A stretch of DNA of 64,000 nucleotides from Candidatus Nanoarchaeia archaeon. GTDB lineage: Archaea > Nanobdellota > Nanobdellia > Woesearchaeales > JAQUVJ01. Of this stretch, positions 39,682 through 50,130 are shown one piece after another; positions within the stretch are counted from its first letter, which is position 1; every line of letters starts with the position of its first letter. Below the pieces are notes generated by a model, which saw only the letters and a program-made list of their open reading frames with translations, was not told the origin of the DNA and made no database searches. The DNA is taken from NCBI GenBank assembly GCA_028693395.1, contig JAQUVJ010000003.1, forward strand, positions 2,298-66,297. The letters run 5' to 3'. The position numbers were made by a program, and so were the translations under genes.

Positions 39682-40203
39682 TTAAGAATTTAAAACATCA
39701 CTTTTTGTTATTATTCCTATGAAATCTCCTTTTTTTATTATGAAAATAATTGAATAATCTATTAATAATTTCTTTATATGAGTAATAGAGCTATCTTCTT
39801 GTAATATAATGAAATTATTTGAAATATGTTTTTCTAATTTTTCATCTTTATTGGCAAATAAAAGATCTCTTTCTGTTACTATTCCTAATATTTTTTCTTT
39901 TTCAAAAATTGGAACTTGAGATATATTTTTTTTTAACATCAATTCTACTGCATCTTTTACTGTTTTTTCTTTTTCTAAAAAATAAATTTTCTTATTCATA
40001 ATTTCTTTTGCATGTTTTTGATTTTTATTTTGAGAATCTAGTGCTTCTGAAATTTTTTTTATGGTTGAATATGTTGGATCTGTTTTCCCAGATTCAATCT
40101 TTGCAATTATGGATTGAGAAATCCCTGCTATGTTTGCTAATTGTTTTTGTGTTATTTCTAATTTTTTCCTTATTTTTTTGATTTCTTCTATATTTTCAAT
40201 CAT
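39682..40203 (-). CDS. Transcriptional regulator, XRE-type HTH fused to a CBS pair
   Basis: LEITQKQLANIAGISQSIIAKIESGKTDPTYSTIKKI is followed by CBS modules. Confidence 0.7.
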   Translation of the reverse strand: MIENIEEIKKIRKKLEITQKQLANIAGISQSIIAKIESGKTDPTYSTIKKISEALDSQNKNQKHAKEIMNKKIYFLEKEKTVKDAVELMLKKNISQVPIFEKEKILGIVTERDLLFANKDEKLEKHISNNFIILQEDSSITHIKKLLIDYSIIFIIKKGDFIGIITKSDVLNS

Positions 40204-40357
40204 TTTTACCTTTCTTTAATTTGTTTATCTTTTTTTTATTATTATTTTTTGTTGTTTTTGTTGTTTATTATTTTGTTGTTTGTTGTTTTTGTTGTTTATA
40301 ATATTTTTTTTAATATTAATTTAATATCTTATTTTTTATATTTAATTTTTTTAATAA

Positions 40358-41668
40358 TCAAAAATCTAATAGAAATTTATACTCAATATCATCAATTTCA
40401 TATAATTCTCTCATCTTTTTATCATTTTTTAAGATACTTGCATAATATCTAAAATCTTCTCTTATTCTTGTTTTTGATTGATGTGAATTTTCTTGTATTT
40501 TCTCAACTATACTTTTGAATAATGCTCTTGAACGCATTGTTCTTGACATCTCTAAAATATATTTTGGAAATTCAACTTTATCTATTATTATTTCTTTTGA
40601 TTCTTTAATCTTTTTTTCTAAAATTTCATCATTTAAATTAAAATACTGTTTTATTCTTTTTGCAACATATTTATTTTCACTATTATATATCGATGTATTA
40701 ACTCCTGATGTTAAAAAATAACTTACATAAACTAAATATCTCCAACTCTGATACCTCATGATTCTACTTAAAAAAATATCTGATGTTGAAATGTATTCAA
40801 ACATATTCCAAAAAGATTTCGAATCAATCATTTTGTTAATTCTAAACATATTTTCTTCTATCCATAATTCTAAATTGTCCCATTGTTCATCCATGTCTTG
40901 AATCGATGAGAAGTCTTTTTGTGATTTATTGGTTAATATTTTTAAAGATTCATAAATTGTTTCATCTTTTTTTCTTAAAGATAATTCAAAAAAATCTTTT
41001 AAAATTTCGTCATATTCACTTTCTTCATCTTTAAAACAATAAAACACAAAAATATCTGTCATTAATGCTCGAATATCTCCTTGTGATTTAGAAATCAAAG
41101 ATTCTTTCACATTTTCAGGTAATTTAAAATCATTTTTCTCTTCAATCTTTTTTACGATTTTATTTAATGTAATTTTATTTGGAACTTGAATTTCACATTT
41201 TTCAACTTTTGCTCTAAATGTTGATAATTTTGTATTATACAAATCATTTACTGTAACAATTATTGGAAAATTACTATCTTTTGAAATCTTTAGGATTTCT
41301 TGTAAATATCCTCTATCATATCTTGAAGAAAAATTATCTATTTCATCTATAAAAATTAATTTATCATTTCCAAATAAAGAAATTTGTTTTATTGCTTGTT
41401 CTAATGTTTTATGAATATCATTTTTATTTAAGGAATTTGATGGATTTATTTCATAAAGCTCCATATTATATTTTTTTGCTAAATAATGAACCAAAAATGT
41501 TTTTCCAACACCTGATGGACCGTAAATCATAATAATTTCTTTTGAAGATTTTTTATAATTTTCTATAAACAATTTTAATTTTTTAAAATGATATGGAGAA
41601 ATTGAAAAAAAAGTTTCATCAACATCTTCCTCTTTTAAAAAAAAATTAGAATATTTTTTTGTTTTCAT
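40358..41668 (-). CDS. AAA+ ATPase, replication factor C large subunit-like
   Basis: The Walker A is GPSGVGKTF and the Walker B is LIFIDEID. The size and context fit an archaeal RfcL. Confidence 0.5.
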   Translation of the reverse strand: MKTKKYSNFFLKEEDVDETFFSISPYHFKKLKLFIENYKKSSKEIIMIYGPSGVGKTFLVHYLAKKYNMELYEINPSNSLNKNDIHKTLEQAIKQISLFGNDKLIFIDEIDNFSSRYDRGYLQEILKISKDSNFPIIVTVNDLYNTKLSTFRAKVEKCEIQVPNKITLNKIVKKIEEKNDFKLPENVKESLISKSQGDIRALMTDIFVFYCFKDEESEYDEILKDFFELSLRKKDETIYESLKILTNKSQKDFSSIQDMDEQWDNLELWIEENMFRINKMIDSKSFWNMFEYISTSDIFLSRIMRYQSWRYLVYVSYFLTSGVNTSIYNSENKYVAKRIKQYFNLNDEILEKKIKESKEIIIDKVEFPKYILEMSRTMRSRALFKSIVEKIQENSHQSKTRIREDFRYYASILKNDKKMRELYEIDDIEYKFLLDF

Positions 41669-42042
41669 AAATCTTTGTAATAAAATTACTATTATAAGCT
41701 TTTTGATTATTTTTAGTTAATGATTTTTTTCTTTTAATATTTATGTTAAAAATTAATAAATAATATTATAATAATTTGAAAATTTAAAAAAAATATTATT
41801 TTTCATTATTATAAAAAGGTAAAATGAAAAAAAAGAATAAAAACTAAAGAATAAAAATAAAAAATATGAAATAAAATACTAATAATAATATAATATAATA
41901 ATAAATAAGAATTTAAAGTAAATTAAAAGTAAATTAAAAGTAAATTAAACAAAAAAATATTTAATTAATAAAATAAAAAAGAAAAGAAATAAAATAAAAA
42001 GAAAAAAAATAAAAAGAAAAAAAATAAATAAAAAAATCAATA

Positions 42043-45000
42043 TTAATTATCAACAACTAATTCAACATCTGAATCATTAGATAAAACTAAATCATCTAAA
42101 TCATCACTATTTTCTATTTCTATTGTTTCATTTATACTTAAATTTGAATCTATCTTTTCAATGTTTTCTTGTGTTAAATTAGTACTATTTATTGTTTCAT
42201 TTATTGGTTTTCCTTCCCATAAAACTTTGTATGTATAAATTGTACCACTTCCCATTCCACTTTGAACATTGCTTAATTCAAAGTTATTTAATCCTAATCC
42301 TCCTAAATAAAACATTTTAGTAAATAATGATGTTGATAATTCTTTGTTCATTAATAAAGATTGTACTCCATCATTTGATGTTGTAAATAATACACTATAT
42401 GGATTATTTTCATTGTAAATTTCTTCAACTAATTCATCTTCATTTATTCCAACTAATGAATACATTTCTTCTATTAAATATCCATTAAATAATAATCTAT
42501 TATCTTTTGTGTATTTCTTTTGTTGGCAAACAAAACTATCATCTTTTTCTGAACAACTTGCAGCAATTACTAAATAAGGTGTTTGTGTTTCTTTATTGAC
42601 TAAAACATTGTTTTCACAAACAATATATTCACTAAAAGCTTCAACTTCTTGACATGATGCACTTTGCGCATAACTTATAACTGGTGCAATCCAATAATTT
42701 ACATCTGTTTCAGATTTTAAAGCTCTTGCTTCTAATAATAATTTATTTGCTTTTACTTCATCATATCCAAATTTTTCCATTATTACTTCTTTTGTTAAGT
42801 TTCTTCTGTTTTTGTAAATATATGCTTTTTCAAAATCCCAAGAACCCCATCTTGCCCAAACTCCTGATTTTCCAACCATGTCTTCACTTGCAATAATATA
42901 TGCGTCTGGATATTCTTTACAATACATTAAATCACTAATTTCTTTTATTTCTAAATTTGTAAATTTACCTGTATCTTCTAAATGTTTTTCAATTAAATTC
43001 TTATCATTATATTCGATTAAATCTTCAATTAAATTTATTGAAAAAATTGAATCATTTGTCTTTTCATTAACATAATCATATGCTCCATTTTCTGAACAAT
43101 CAAGCATTCTTAAAATTCCCATTGATTCATTTTCTGTTTTTGCTTTTAAAAAACGTCCTACCCAATATGCCTGTGGACCGTCTTGAGATGCTCCATCAAA
43201 AGTTACTGATCTTTCTGAGAAATATATAAAAAAGTGTCCAAAATCCCACCAAGAAGTAATTATTGCATTTTCACTATCTTCATTAATTTCCATTAATGTT
43301 GAATACCAAGCATCATTTACATTTGGTAATGAGGAATCTCCTATTTGATTTGCTAATGTAAAAAATGGTATTGTTAATAAAAACAACATTAAAGCACTTA
43401 TTATTTTTGATGTAAGTATTTGTTTTTTTTCTGAGTTTATTCCTATAAAATTTGCTCCCATTTTTATTAAATCAAATATACAAACAAATGTTAAACCAAG
43501 TGATATTGCATAAGGAGTTGCTGTAAATAATAAGAATCTAATTCCTTTTAATACCATAAATTGTGTAATTGGATACCACATTAATACTAATAAAAATAAA
43601 AAGAATTCTTTACTATTTTTTTCTGCAAATAAAATATGGTTTAATGTTAAATAAATATATGGTATGTACAAAATAATAACAAATAATATTTGTAACAATG
43701 TATTATTTATTAATGATAAACTATAAATTGAATTTATTATTGGAATCTTTACTCCTGAAACATTTAGAGCAAATAAAAGATACCAAATCATTGTAACTAA
43801 AAATATTATTGTATTTCTCTTTTTCTTTTTATCTTTAAATCCTAATTCTTGATATTTATTAATATGAAATAAATAAATAATTGGTCCTATAAATGATAAA
43901 AGGAAAAATAAAAATCCTTGTGATAATTGAGTAAATATATTTGAGTAATTTGCAGATTGTAATTCAGCAACTGATGTAAAAATATTTGGCCATATATTTC
44001 TTGATACTGCATCTTGAAGTCCTGTTGAACTTCCTAAATACAAAATACTATTTATTAAATTTCCACCAAATACCAAAGTAAAAATAATCAAAATTAAATT
44101 ATATATTCCAAATATTATTAAAATGTCTTTTAATGAATTTTGCTTCTTTCTTAATTTTAAAGATAATTCAAATATGATATATCCTAATAATGCTAAATTA
44201 AAAATAACATATGTAAAAATACCTGGACCCCAAATTATTAAAAATAAAAATTGAGTTATTCCTGCAAAACCTGCTAATAAATATTTTACTATTTTATTTT
44301 TATTAACAATTGCATAAGATAAAAAGATTACAACTAATATTGGAAAGAAAACATTATATGCATCTGTATCAGTAAATCCTGCGATTGTTCTTTGTAAAAA
44401 TGTTGGTGATAATCCTAATAAAATTGATGAGAAAAATGCTAAAATATCATTCATGTATCCTTTTAAAAAAAAGAAAAACAATACCATAACTAAAATTGAA
44501 ACAACTACTGGAAAAAAATATATTGACCTAAAAAAATCTGCATCATTAAATTCATCATCTTTATGCATTACATTATAAAAATTAGCTAAAATCTTTGAAT
44601 GTATTTCTACACTTACATTTGGATTTCCTTTTGGTGCTAATCTTAAATTATCTAAATATGTTCCATCTTCTTGCAAATCTCCATAATATCCTTTTTGAAT
44701 ATATTCTTTTGCTTGTCTTGCATAATAATATGGGTCTATTGCTAATAAAAATGGTGTTTTATTTATTGTATATTGCTCTTTTAACATATCTGCTTGAAAT
44801 TTAATAAAATCACTTCTTTTAACTTCTCCTGCAGATAATGAAATTTGTTTGTTTTTTAAATAATCTTTATAAAGTTCATCTTTTAAATTTACTTTTTGTA
44901 AAGGAGAAACACTCATTTGATTAACATCTGATTCAATTAAATCTTTAACCCAAGCATCAACAGAACTTTCAATCCCTTTTTCTATTGCTCTTAAATCATA

Positions 45001-45288
45001 AGAACCTGATCTATAGTAAAAACCAATATATGATAAGATTACAACTAATAATATAGTAAAAGCAATTGATTTAATATTTACTTTCTTTTTTTCTACTGCT
45101 TTTTTTATTAATTTATTTTCTTTTTTTATTATTACTTTTTCTTCTGCTTTTTTTTCTACTTTATTTTCCTTTTGTAAATCTTTTTTGTTAATACTTGATT
45201 TATCAATTTTATGTTCAGTAATCTTTGCATCTATTTTTTTTACTGTTTTTTTTACATTGTCTTTTTTTAGATCTTTTGCTTGAACCAT
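42043..45288 (-). CDS. aglB: Oligosaccharyltransferase AglB/STT3
   Basis: SWWDFGHFF is the WWDYG motif. About 13 TM segments are followed by a large C-terminal soluble domain. Confidence 0.85.
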   Translation of the reverse strand: MVQAKDLKKDNVKKTVKKIDAKITEHKIDKSSINKKDLQKENKVEKKAEEKVIIKKENKLIKKAVEKKKVNIKSIAFTILLVVILSYIGFYYRSGSYDLRAIEKGIESSVDAWVKDLIESDVNQMSVSPLQKVNLKDELYKDYLKNKQISLSAGEVKRSDFIKFQADMLKEQYTINKTPFLLAIDPYYYARQAKEYIQKGYYGDLQEDGTYLDNLRLAPKGNPNVSVEIHSKILANFYNVMHKDDEFNDADFFRSIYFFPVVVSILVMVLFFFFLKGYMNDILAFFSSILLGLSPTFLQRTIAGFTDTDAYNVFFPILVVIFLSYAIVNKNKIVKYLLAGFAGITQFLFLIIWGPGIFTYVIFNLALLGYIIFELSLKLRKKQNSLKDILIIFGIYNLILIIFTLVFGGNLINSILYLGSSTGLQDAVSRNIWPNIFTSVAELQSANYSNIFTQLSQGFLFFLLSFIGPIIYLFHINKYQELGFKDKKKKRNTIIFLVTMIWYLLFALNVSGVKIPIINSIYSLSLINNTLLQILFVIILYIPYIYLTLNHILFAEKNSKEFFLFLLVLMWYPITQFMVLKGIRFLLFTATPYAISLGLTFVCIFDLIKMGANFIGINSEKKQILTSKIISALMLFLLTIPFFTLANQIGDSSLPNVNDAWYSTLMEINEDSENAIITSWWDFGHFFIYFSERSVTFDGASQDGPQAYWVGRFLKAKTENESMGILRMLDCSENGAYDYVNEKTNDSIFSINLIEDLIEYNDKNLIEKHLEDTGKFTNLEIKEISDLMYCKEYPDAYIIASEDMVGKSGVWARWGSWDFEKAYIYKNRRNLTKEVIMEKFGYDEVKANKLLLEARALKSETDVNYWIAPVISYAQSASCQEVEAFSEYIVCENNVLVNKETQTPYLVIAASCSEKDDSFVCQQKKYTKDNRLLFNGYLIEEMYSLVGINEDELVEEIYNENNPYSVLFTTSNDGVQSLLMNKELSTSLFTKMFYLGGLGLNNFELSNVQSGMGSGTIYTYKVLWEGKPINETINSTNLTQENIEKIDSNLSINETIEIENSDDLDDLVLSNDSDVELVVDN

Positions 45289-45297
45289 ATGTTACAC

Positions 45298-46668
45298 CTA
45301 TCTTTTTCTCATTTTTCTTAACATTTTTTTAAATTCTGGATTATTAATATCAAAGTTTTCCATTTTATCTATTTTATTTGGCTTTATATATTTAATCATT
45401 TTTTTCATTTTTCTATATTGAGTCATCAATTCTCTTATTGATGTTTTTGAAATTCCACTACCTATTGAAATTCTATCAATTCTTGATTGATCTATAATTT
45501 CTGGATCTTCTAATTCTTTTTTTGTGCAAGATGTCATTACTATTTTCCAATCTCCCATCTTACCTTCAATCATTCCTATATCTTCTTTACTTATTCCTGT
45601 GGAAGACATTCCCGGTATCATTGATATAATCTTAGAAAATGATCCCATTTTATTTACTGCTTCAAGTTGATCATATAAATCTAAAAGAGTAAACTCTCCT
45701 TTAAGCATTTTTTCAGAAATTTCCTTAGCTTTTGTTTCATCAATAGCTTCAGATGCTCTTTCTAATAATTCTTCTAAATCTCCTAATCCTAATAATTTTT
45801 CTATAAATTTATTTGGTTCAAAGACTTCTAAATCATCAATTTTTTCTCCTACACCAATATATTTTACCTTTGCTCCTGTTAGTGCACAAGCAGAAATAGC
45901 TCCACCACCTTTTGATGTACCATCCATCTTAGTAATTATAATTCCATTAACATTACATGTTTCATGAAATGATGTTGCAAGATTCATAACACTTTGACCT
46001 AAATCTGCTGATATTACAAGTAATACGTCATCAGGTTTTACATAATCATTAATATCTTCAATTTCTTTTTGTAGTTCTTGATTTAAGGAATCTCTTCCTG
46101 CAGTATCATAAACAATTATGTCATAATTCGATAAATCTTTTTTGTCTAATTCTTTTAAAATTTCAATTGGATCTTTTGCATTTGGATTTCCAAAAACATC
46201 AACATTTATTGATTTTGCAAGTGTTTCTAATTGTTTATATGCTGCTGGTCTAAAAGTATCAAGACTAACAAGAAGTGGTTTATAACCTTTTCTTCTCAAA
46301 AGTTTTCCCATTTTTCCAACGGTTGTAGTTTTTCCTGAACCATACAAACCTAATAATAAAATTTTATGTGGTTTTTTTGTTATTTCTAAAGATTTATAAT
46401 CTCCTCCAAGTAAAACAACTAAATTATCATATATTATTTTAATTAGATAATCTCTTTTGTTTAATGTAGGGGGAATGTCTGATTTATAGAAATCATTTTT
46501 AATTTTCTTTGTAAATTCAAGAACAATTTTGACGTTTACATCACTTCTAATAAGGACTTTTTGAATATCTTTTAATATTTCATTAATTAAATTTTCATCA
46601 ACTATAACTGTATTTTTTATTTTATTAAAACTTTCTTTTATAGTTGTTCCTATTTTTTCAAAAACCAT
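45298..46668 (-). CDS. srp54: Signal recognition particle protein SRP54
   Basis: GLYGSGKTTT, DTAGR and TKMDG are present, followed by a Met-rich M domain. Confidence 0.92.
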   Translation of the reverse strand: MVFEKIGTTIKESFNKIKNTVIVDENLINEILKDIQKVLIRSDVNVKIVLEFTKKIKNDFYKSDIPPTLNKRDYLIKIIYDNLVVLLGGDYKSLEITKKPHKILLLGLYGSGKTTTVGKMGKLLRRKGYKPLLVSLDTFRPAAYKQLETLAKSINVDVFGNPNAKDPIEILKELDKKDLSNYDIIVYDTAGRDSLNQELQKEIEDINDYVKPDDVLLVISADLGQSVMNLATSFHETCNVNGIIITKMDGTSKGGGAISACALTGAKVKYIGVGEKIDDLEVFEPNKFIEKLLGLGDLEELLERASEAIDETKAKEISEKMLKGEFTLLDLYDQLEAVNKMGSFSKIISMIPGMSSTGISKEDIGMIEGKMGDWKIVMTSCTKKELEDPEIIDQSRIDRISIGSGISKTSIRELMTQYRKMKKMIKYIKPNKIDKMENFDINNPEFKKMLRKMRKR

Positions 46669-46954
46669 ACATAATAGAATTAGTTTTTATTTAAAAAGAT
46701 TCTGATTTTTTATGAGAATTGTTTTTAAAATATTTTATAAATAATTTATAAATAATTTGAAAAATATGAAAATAAAAATAAATATAAAATATAAAATATA
46801 AAGATAAAGATAATATAAAGATATAAAAGATATAAAAGACATAAAAATAAATGTAAAAAACATAAAAAATAATAAAATAAATAAAATAAATAAAATAATA
46901 TAAAAAATAAGAAAATAACAAAATATTTTTATAATAATAACATATAATTATTTC

Positions 46955-48088
46955 ATGGAAGAAAATATGAAACTTGTTTTTAGTATTTTATCGATTGCAT
47001 TAATTGTTTCAACAAGTATTCTTTCAATTATGATTTCATCTAAAAATAAAGAAATTTATTATTTAAATGAAAAAATATCAATTAAGATAGAAGAAATAGA
47101 TAAATTAATTGATTATATTGATGAAAATAAACAAATAATAAATCATTTAGATACTTCATATAAAAAACTTAATAATTCTTACACTTATTTAACAAATATC
47201 CATGAAGAATTGGGATATAAATATACTGAATTAAATAATGAAACAAACACACTAATAAATGATATTGAAATTTATCAATTTGAAATAAAAAAATCTATTG
47301 AATGGTTTAATGCAAATGCAATTTTAGAAGATTCATCAAAACATCAATTAATAAAAGATAAATTGGAAGAAAGTTGTTTAGAAATTACCGAAAATAGTTG
47401 TAGAATAAAAGCTGGATGTTTTTATTTAATTAATAAAAAAGATATTGGATTAGAATACAAATATGATTATGAAACTTCTAATAGAACTGATAAATTACAA
47501 TCAATAAATGAATTTATAGAAAATGAAGGAGGAGATTGTGAAGATTATTCTTTGTTTTTCAAAGCAGAATACAATTATTTGTATGAAAAATGTGAAAACA
47601 AAAACATAATTCTTGAATCTTATGTTATAACTAATGAAAATGATAATAATGCTGAAAATTATTGGCTAAATTTTCAAAAGAACTGGTATTTTCCATATAC
47701 TTTAATAAAAAACTTTGAGAATTACAATTTTCCTAATGTTATTTGTGGAAACATGTATGATAAAAACAAAGATAAAATCTCCGGACATTGTATGATTGTT
47801 TTTTCTAGAGAAAAAATTAAATCGATAAATGATTTAGAAAAATTAGATAAGATGATTGTCATAGAACCTCAAGATGGATCATATAGAGGAAAAATTAATG
47901 AGGAAATTACTTTAATAAATAAGGAAAAATTTCTAAACAGTGATTTTGAATCTTGGGTAAATGTAGTAATAACTGATGATGATTATTATTTATTTAGCCA
48001 AAATGATTATTCTTGGAAATCATATTCTTCTTTTTATGATGATTTAGAAATAAAAAAAAATCATGCACTTGAGTTATTAGATGAATAA
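46955..48088 (+). CDS. Membrane-anchored coiled-coil protein with a transglutaminase-like cysteine protease core
   Basis: The protein has an N-terminal TM segment. GGDCEDYSLFFKAEY matches the G-x-C-x-D-[FY] catalytic Cys motif. A downstream SGHCMIVF supplies the His. Confidence 0.5.
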   Translation: MEENMKLVFSILSIALIVSTSILSIMISSKNKEIYYLNEKISIKIEEIDKLIDYIDENKQIINHLDTSYKKLNNSYTYLTNIHEELGYKYTELNNETNTLINDIEIYQFEIKKSIEWFNANAILEDSSKHQLIKDKLEESCLEITENSCRIKAGCFYLINKKDIGLEYKYDYETSNRTDKLQSINEFIENEGGDCEDYSLFFKAEYNYLYEKCENKNIILESYVITNENDNNAENYWLNFQKNWYFPYTLIKNFENYNFPNVICGNMYDKNKDKISGHCMIVFSREKIKSINDLEKLDKMIVIEPQDGSYRGKINEEITLINKEKFLNSDFESWVNVVITDDDYYLFSQNDYSWKSYSSFYDDLEIKKNHALELLDE

Positions 48089-48263
48089 TTTTTTAATTTT
48101 CTCATTTAAAATATTAATATGATATTGTAATATAATGATTTAAATTAAAATATATGATAATAAATAATATAATAAATAACAAAAAAAGAAATATAAAAAA
48201 AATAAAGAGATAAAAAGAAGAAAAAATAAATAAATTTATTTATATAATTAATTATCACTAAAC

Positions 48264-48776
48264 ATGATCGAAATAGAATATAACAATGAAGTATTTATTG
48301 ATAAAGATTTTTCTAATATTAATTACTCTAATTCAAAATTTTATGATGTTACATTCGATAATTGTAATCTATCAAACACAATAATTGATAATGCTCATTT
48401 ACAAAACGTTGTTTTTAAAAATTGTAAGATTCAAGGAATAGATTTTTCAAAAATAAACAAGTTGTTCTTAAAAATAGAAATGAAAAATTGTTTTCTAAGA
48501 AATTGTTTTTTTTCAAAATTAGATTTAAAAAATACAACTTTTCAAGATTCAAAAATTTATGATTGTGATTTTAATAATTGTAATCTTAGTAATTCATGTT
48601 TTGAAAATTGTGATTTAAATGAAACAATTTTTAATGAATGTAATTTATCAAAATCAAATTTTAATAATGCGATTAATTATTTTATTGATATTGAAAAAAA
48701 TAACATTAAAAATGCAATCTTTAGTTATCCTGAAGTTTTAAATTTACTTGATAAATATAATTTGAAAATTAATTGA
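48264..48776 (+). CDS. Pentapeptide repeat protein
   Basis: The protein consists of continuous A(D/N)LxX-type repeats (NCNLSNTIIDNAHLQNVVFKNCKIQGIDFS...). Confidence 0.75.
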   Translation: MIEIEYNNEVFIDKDFSNINYSNSKFYDVTFDNCNLSNTIIDNAHLQNVVFKNCKIQGIDFSKINKLFLKIEMKNCFLRNCFFSKLDLKNTTFQDSKIYDCDFNNCNLSNSCFENCDLNETIFNECNLSKSNFNNAINYFIDIEKNNIKNAIFSYPEVLNLLDKYNLKIN

Positions 48777-48893
48777 AAAAATAAAAAAATAAAGTTAAAA
48801 AAAATATAATATAAAAAAATTATAATATAAAAAAACAAACATAAAATTCCAAAGAGACAAAATAATAAAAAATAAAACATAATTACTAAAAAA

Positions 48894-49175
48894 CTAATTT
48901 ATTTTTATTGCTTTTCCATTAATAATAGCATCTGATACTTTTTTTCTTGCAATTGTGATAATTCTATGAAAAGTTGTTTGGGAAATTTCCATTTGTTTTG
49001 CACACTCTATTTGTTCTAAATCTTCATAATCTTTTAATCTAATCGCTTCAAATTCCTCATTTGTTAATATTATTTCTTCTAAATCTCTTTTAGGAATTCC
49101 ATTTGGTTTAAAATATGAAGAAATAGGATATCCCCTAACTCTTCTTTGCTTACAAGGTCTTGGCATTTTTATCAA
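48894..49175 (-). CDS. DUF134 (UPF0251) family DNA-binding protein
   Basis: MPRPCKQRRVRGYPISSYFKPNGIP is followed by a sigma-70-region-4-like HTH. The likely start is the ATG at 49166. Confidence 0.7.
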   Translation of the reverse strand: MIKMPRPCKQRRVRGYPISSYFKPNGIPKRDLEEIILTNEEFEAIRLKDYEDLEQIECAKQMEISQTTFHRIITIARKKVSDAIINGKAIKIN

Positions 49176-49182
49176 AAAGAGT

Positions 49183-49353
49183 TTAGTTATTGTTATTTAA
49201 AAAGTTTGCTCTTCTTGGAGAATTTCTATTGTTTCTTATTCCAAATCTAAAAAACCCTAAACCTCTTTTTTCTGGTAAACCGTCACAATTTCCCATTTTT
49301 CTTCCCGTCAAAGGACCTTTTCCTTCTGGACCTGTTCCATCAAATCTTGGCAT
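49183..49353 (-). CDS. DUF5320-like small protein
   Basis: Not in the track (56 aa); I translated it by hand as MPRFDGTGPEGKGPLTGRKMGNCDGLPEKRGLGFFRFGIRNNRNSPRRANFLNNNN. GAGGTGAT lies 3 nt upstream of the ATG. This gene explains the GC-richer patch that the track assigns to the antisense ORF 49190..49384. Confidence 0.6.
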   Translation of the reverse strand: MPRFDGTGPEGKGPLTGRKMGNCDGLPEKRGLGFFRFGIRNNRNSPRRANFLNNNN

Positions 49354-49434
49354 TTTATCACCTCAATTGAATATATATTCATAATAATATATAAATATTT
49401 AGGGTATATAACATTCATATTGAATATATATTCA

Positions 49435-49938
49435 TTACTCGTATGATGATTTTGGCCAAACCATAAAACCACTTCTATCATATACAGCAGATACATATCC
49501 TGCAGGTAATTTGCTTTGTTCAAAAAATTCCTTATGTTTATCTAAAGAATCTTCAATTTCAACTTTTTTAAAAACTTTTAAAATAGAAGAATAATCTTCA
49601 ACAAAAAATCCATAATTATCTCCTAAACCTACAAAAAGACTTCCTTCAACGTCAACTCCATTATTAAAATAAAAAAATGGTTTATTTTGTTTTAAACTTA
49701 CAATTGGATAAATTGATTTTCCATTTGAATCATGAATAAATTTTAATTGAGACTCATCAATTGATAAAACTCTTCCTTCTAATTCATTAAAAAACTCTAT
49801 CTTCTTTTTTTGAAATCCACTTTTTCTCATTTGTAAATTTCTTTCTTTTAATAAAATAATTGGAGAACTAACTAAACTTTCTAAAGTTAAATTTTCCCCT
49901 AATAAATTTTTTATTTCTTTTCCATAAATATCTTTCAT
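49435..49938 (-). CDS. Hypothetical protein
   Basis: The ORF is clean with normal composition. I recognise no family. Confidence 0.4.
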   Translation of the reverse strand: MKDIYGKEIKNLLGENLTLESLVSSPIILLKERNLQMRKSGFQKKKIEFFNELEGRVLSIDESQLKFIHDSNGKSIYPIVSLKQNKPFFYFNNGVDVEGSLFVGLGDNYGFFVEDYSSILKVFKKVEIEDSLDKHKEFFEQSKLPAGYVSAVYDRSGFMVWPKSSYE

Positions 49939-50058
49939 TTTTTAATCACCGGGTAATAGTGAAATATGATTAATATTATAAACATTACCATATTTTGAAA
50001 TAACCAATAATAAAATGAAAATAAAGAAATTAAAATAAAAAAATAAAAAAATAAAAAA

Positions 50059-50130
50059 ATAAAAGAAAAAAAATGAAATAAAAATAAAAATAAAAGAAAA
50101 AAAATGAAATAAAAATAAAAATAAAAGAAT
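50059..50130. repeat. 31-nt tandem repeat (ataaaagaaaaaaaatgaaataaaaataaaa, about 2.3 copies)
   Basis: Exact copies lie at 50059-50089 and 50090-50120, followed by a partial third copy. Confidence 0.85.

Noticed and set aside
49190-49523. Track ORFs 49190..49384 (+) and 49308..49523 (-).
   Set aside because: The minus-strand 56-aa DUF5320-like ORF (49183..49353), with its strong RBS, explains this region better. The 71-aa ORF overlaps the 3' end of 49435..49938 and has no supporting features.
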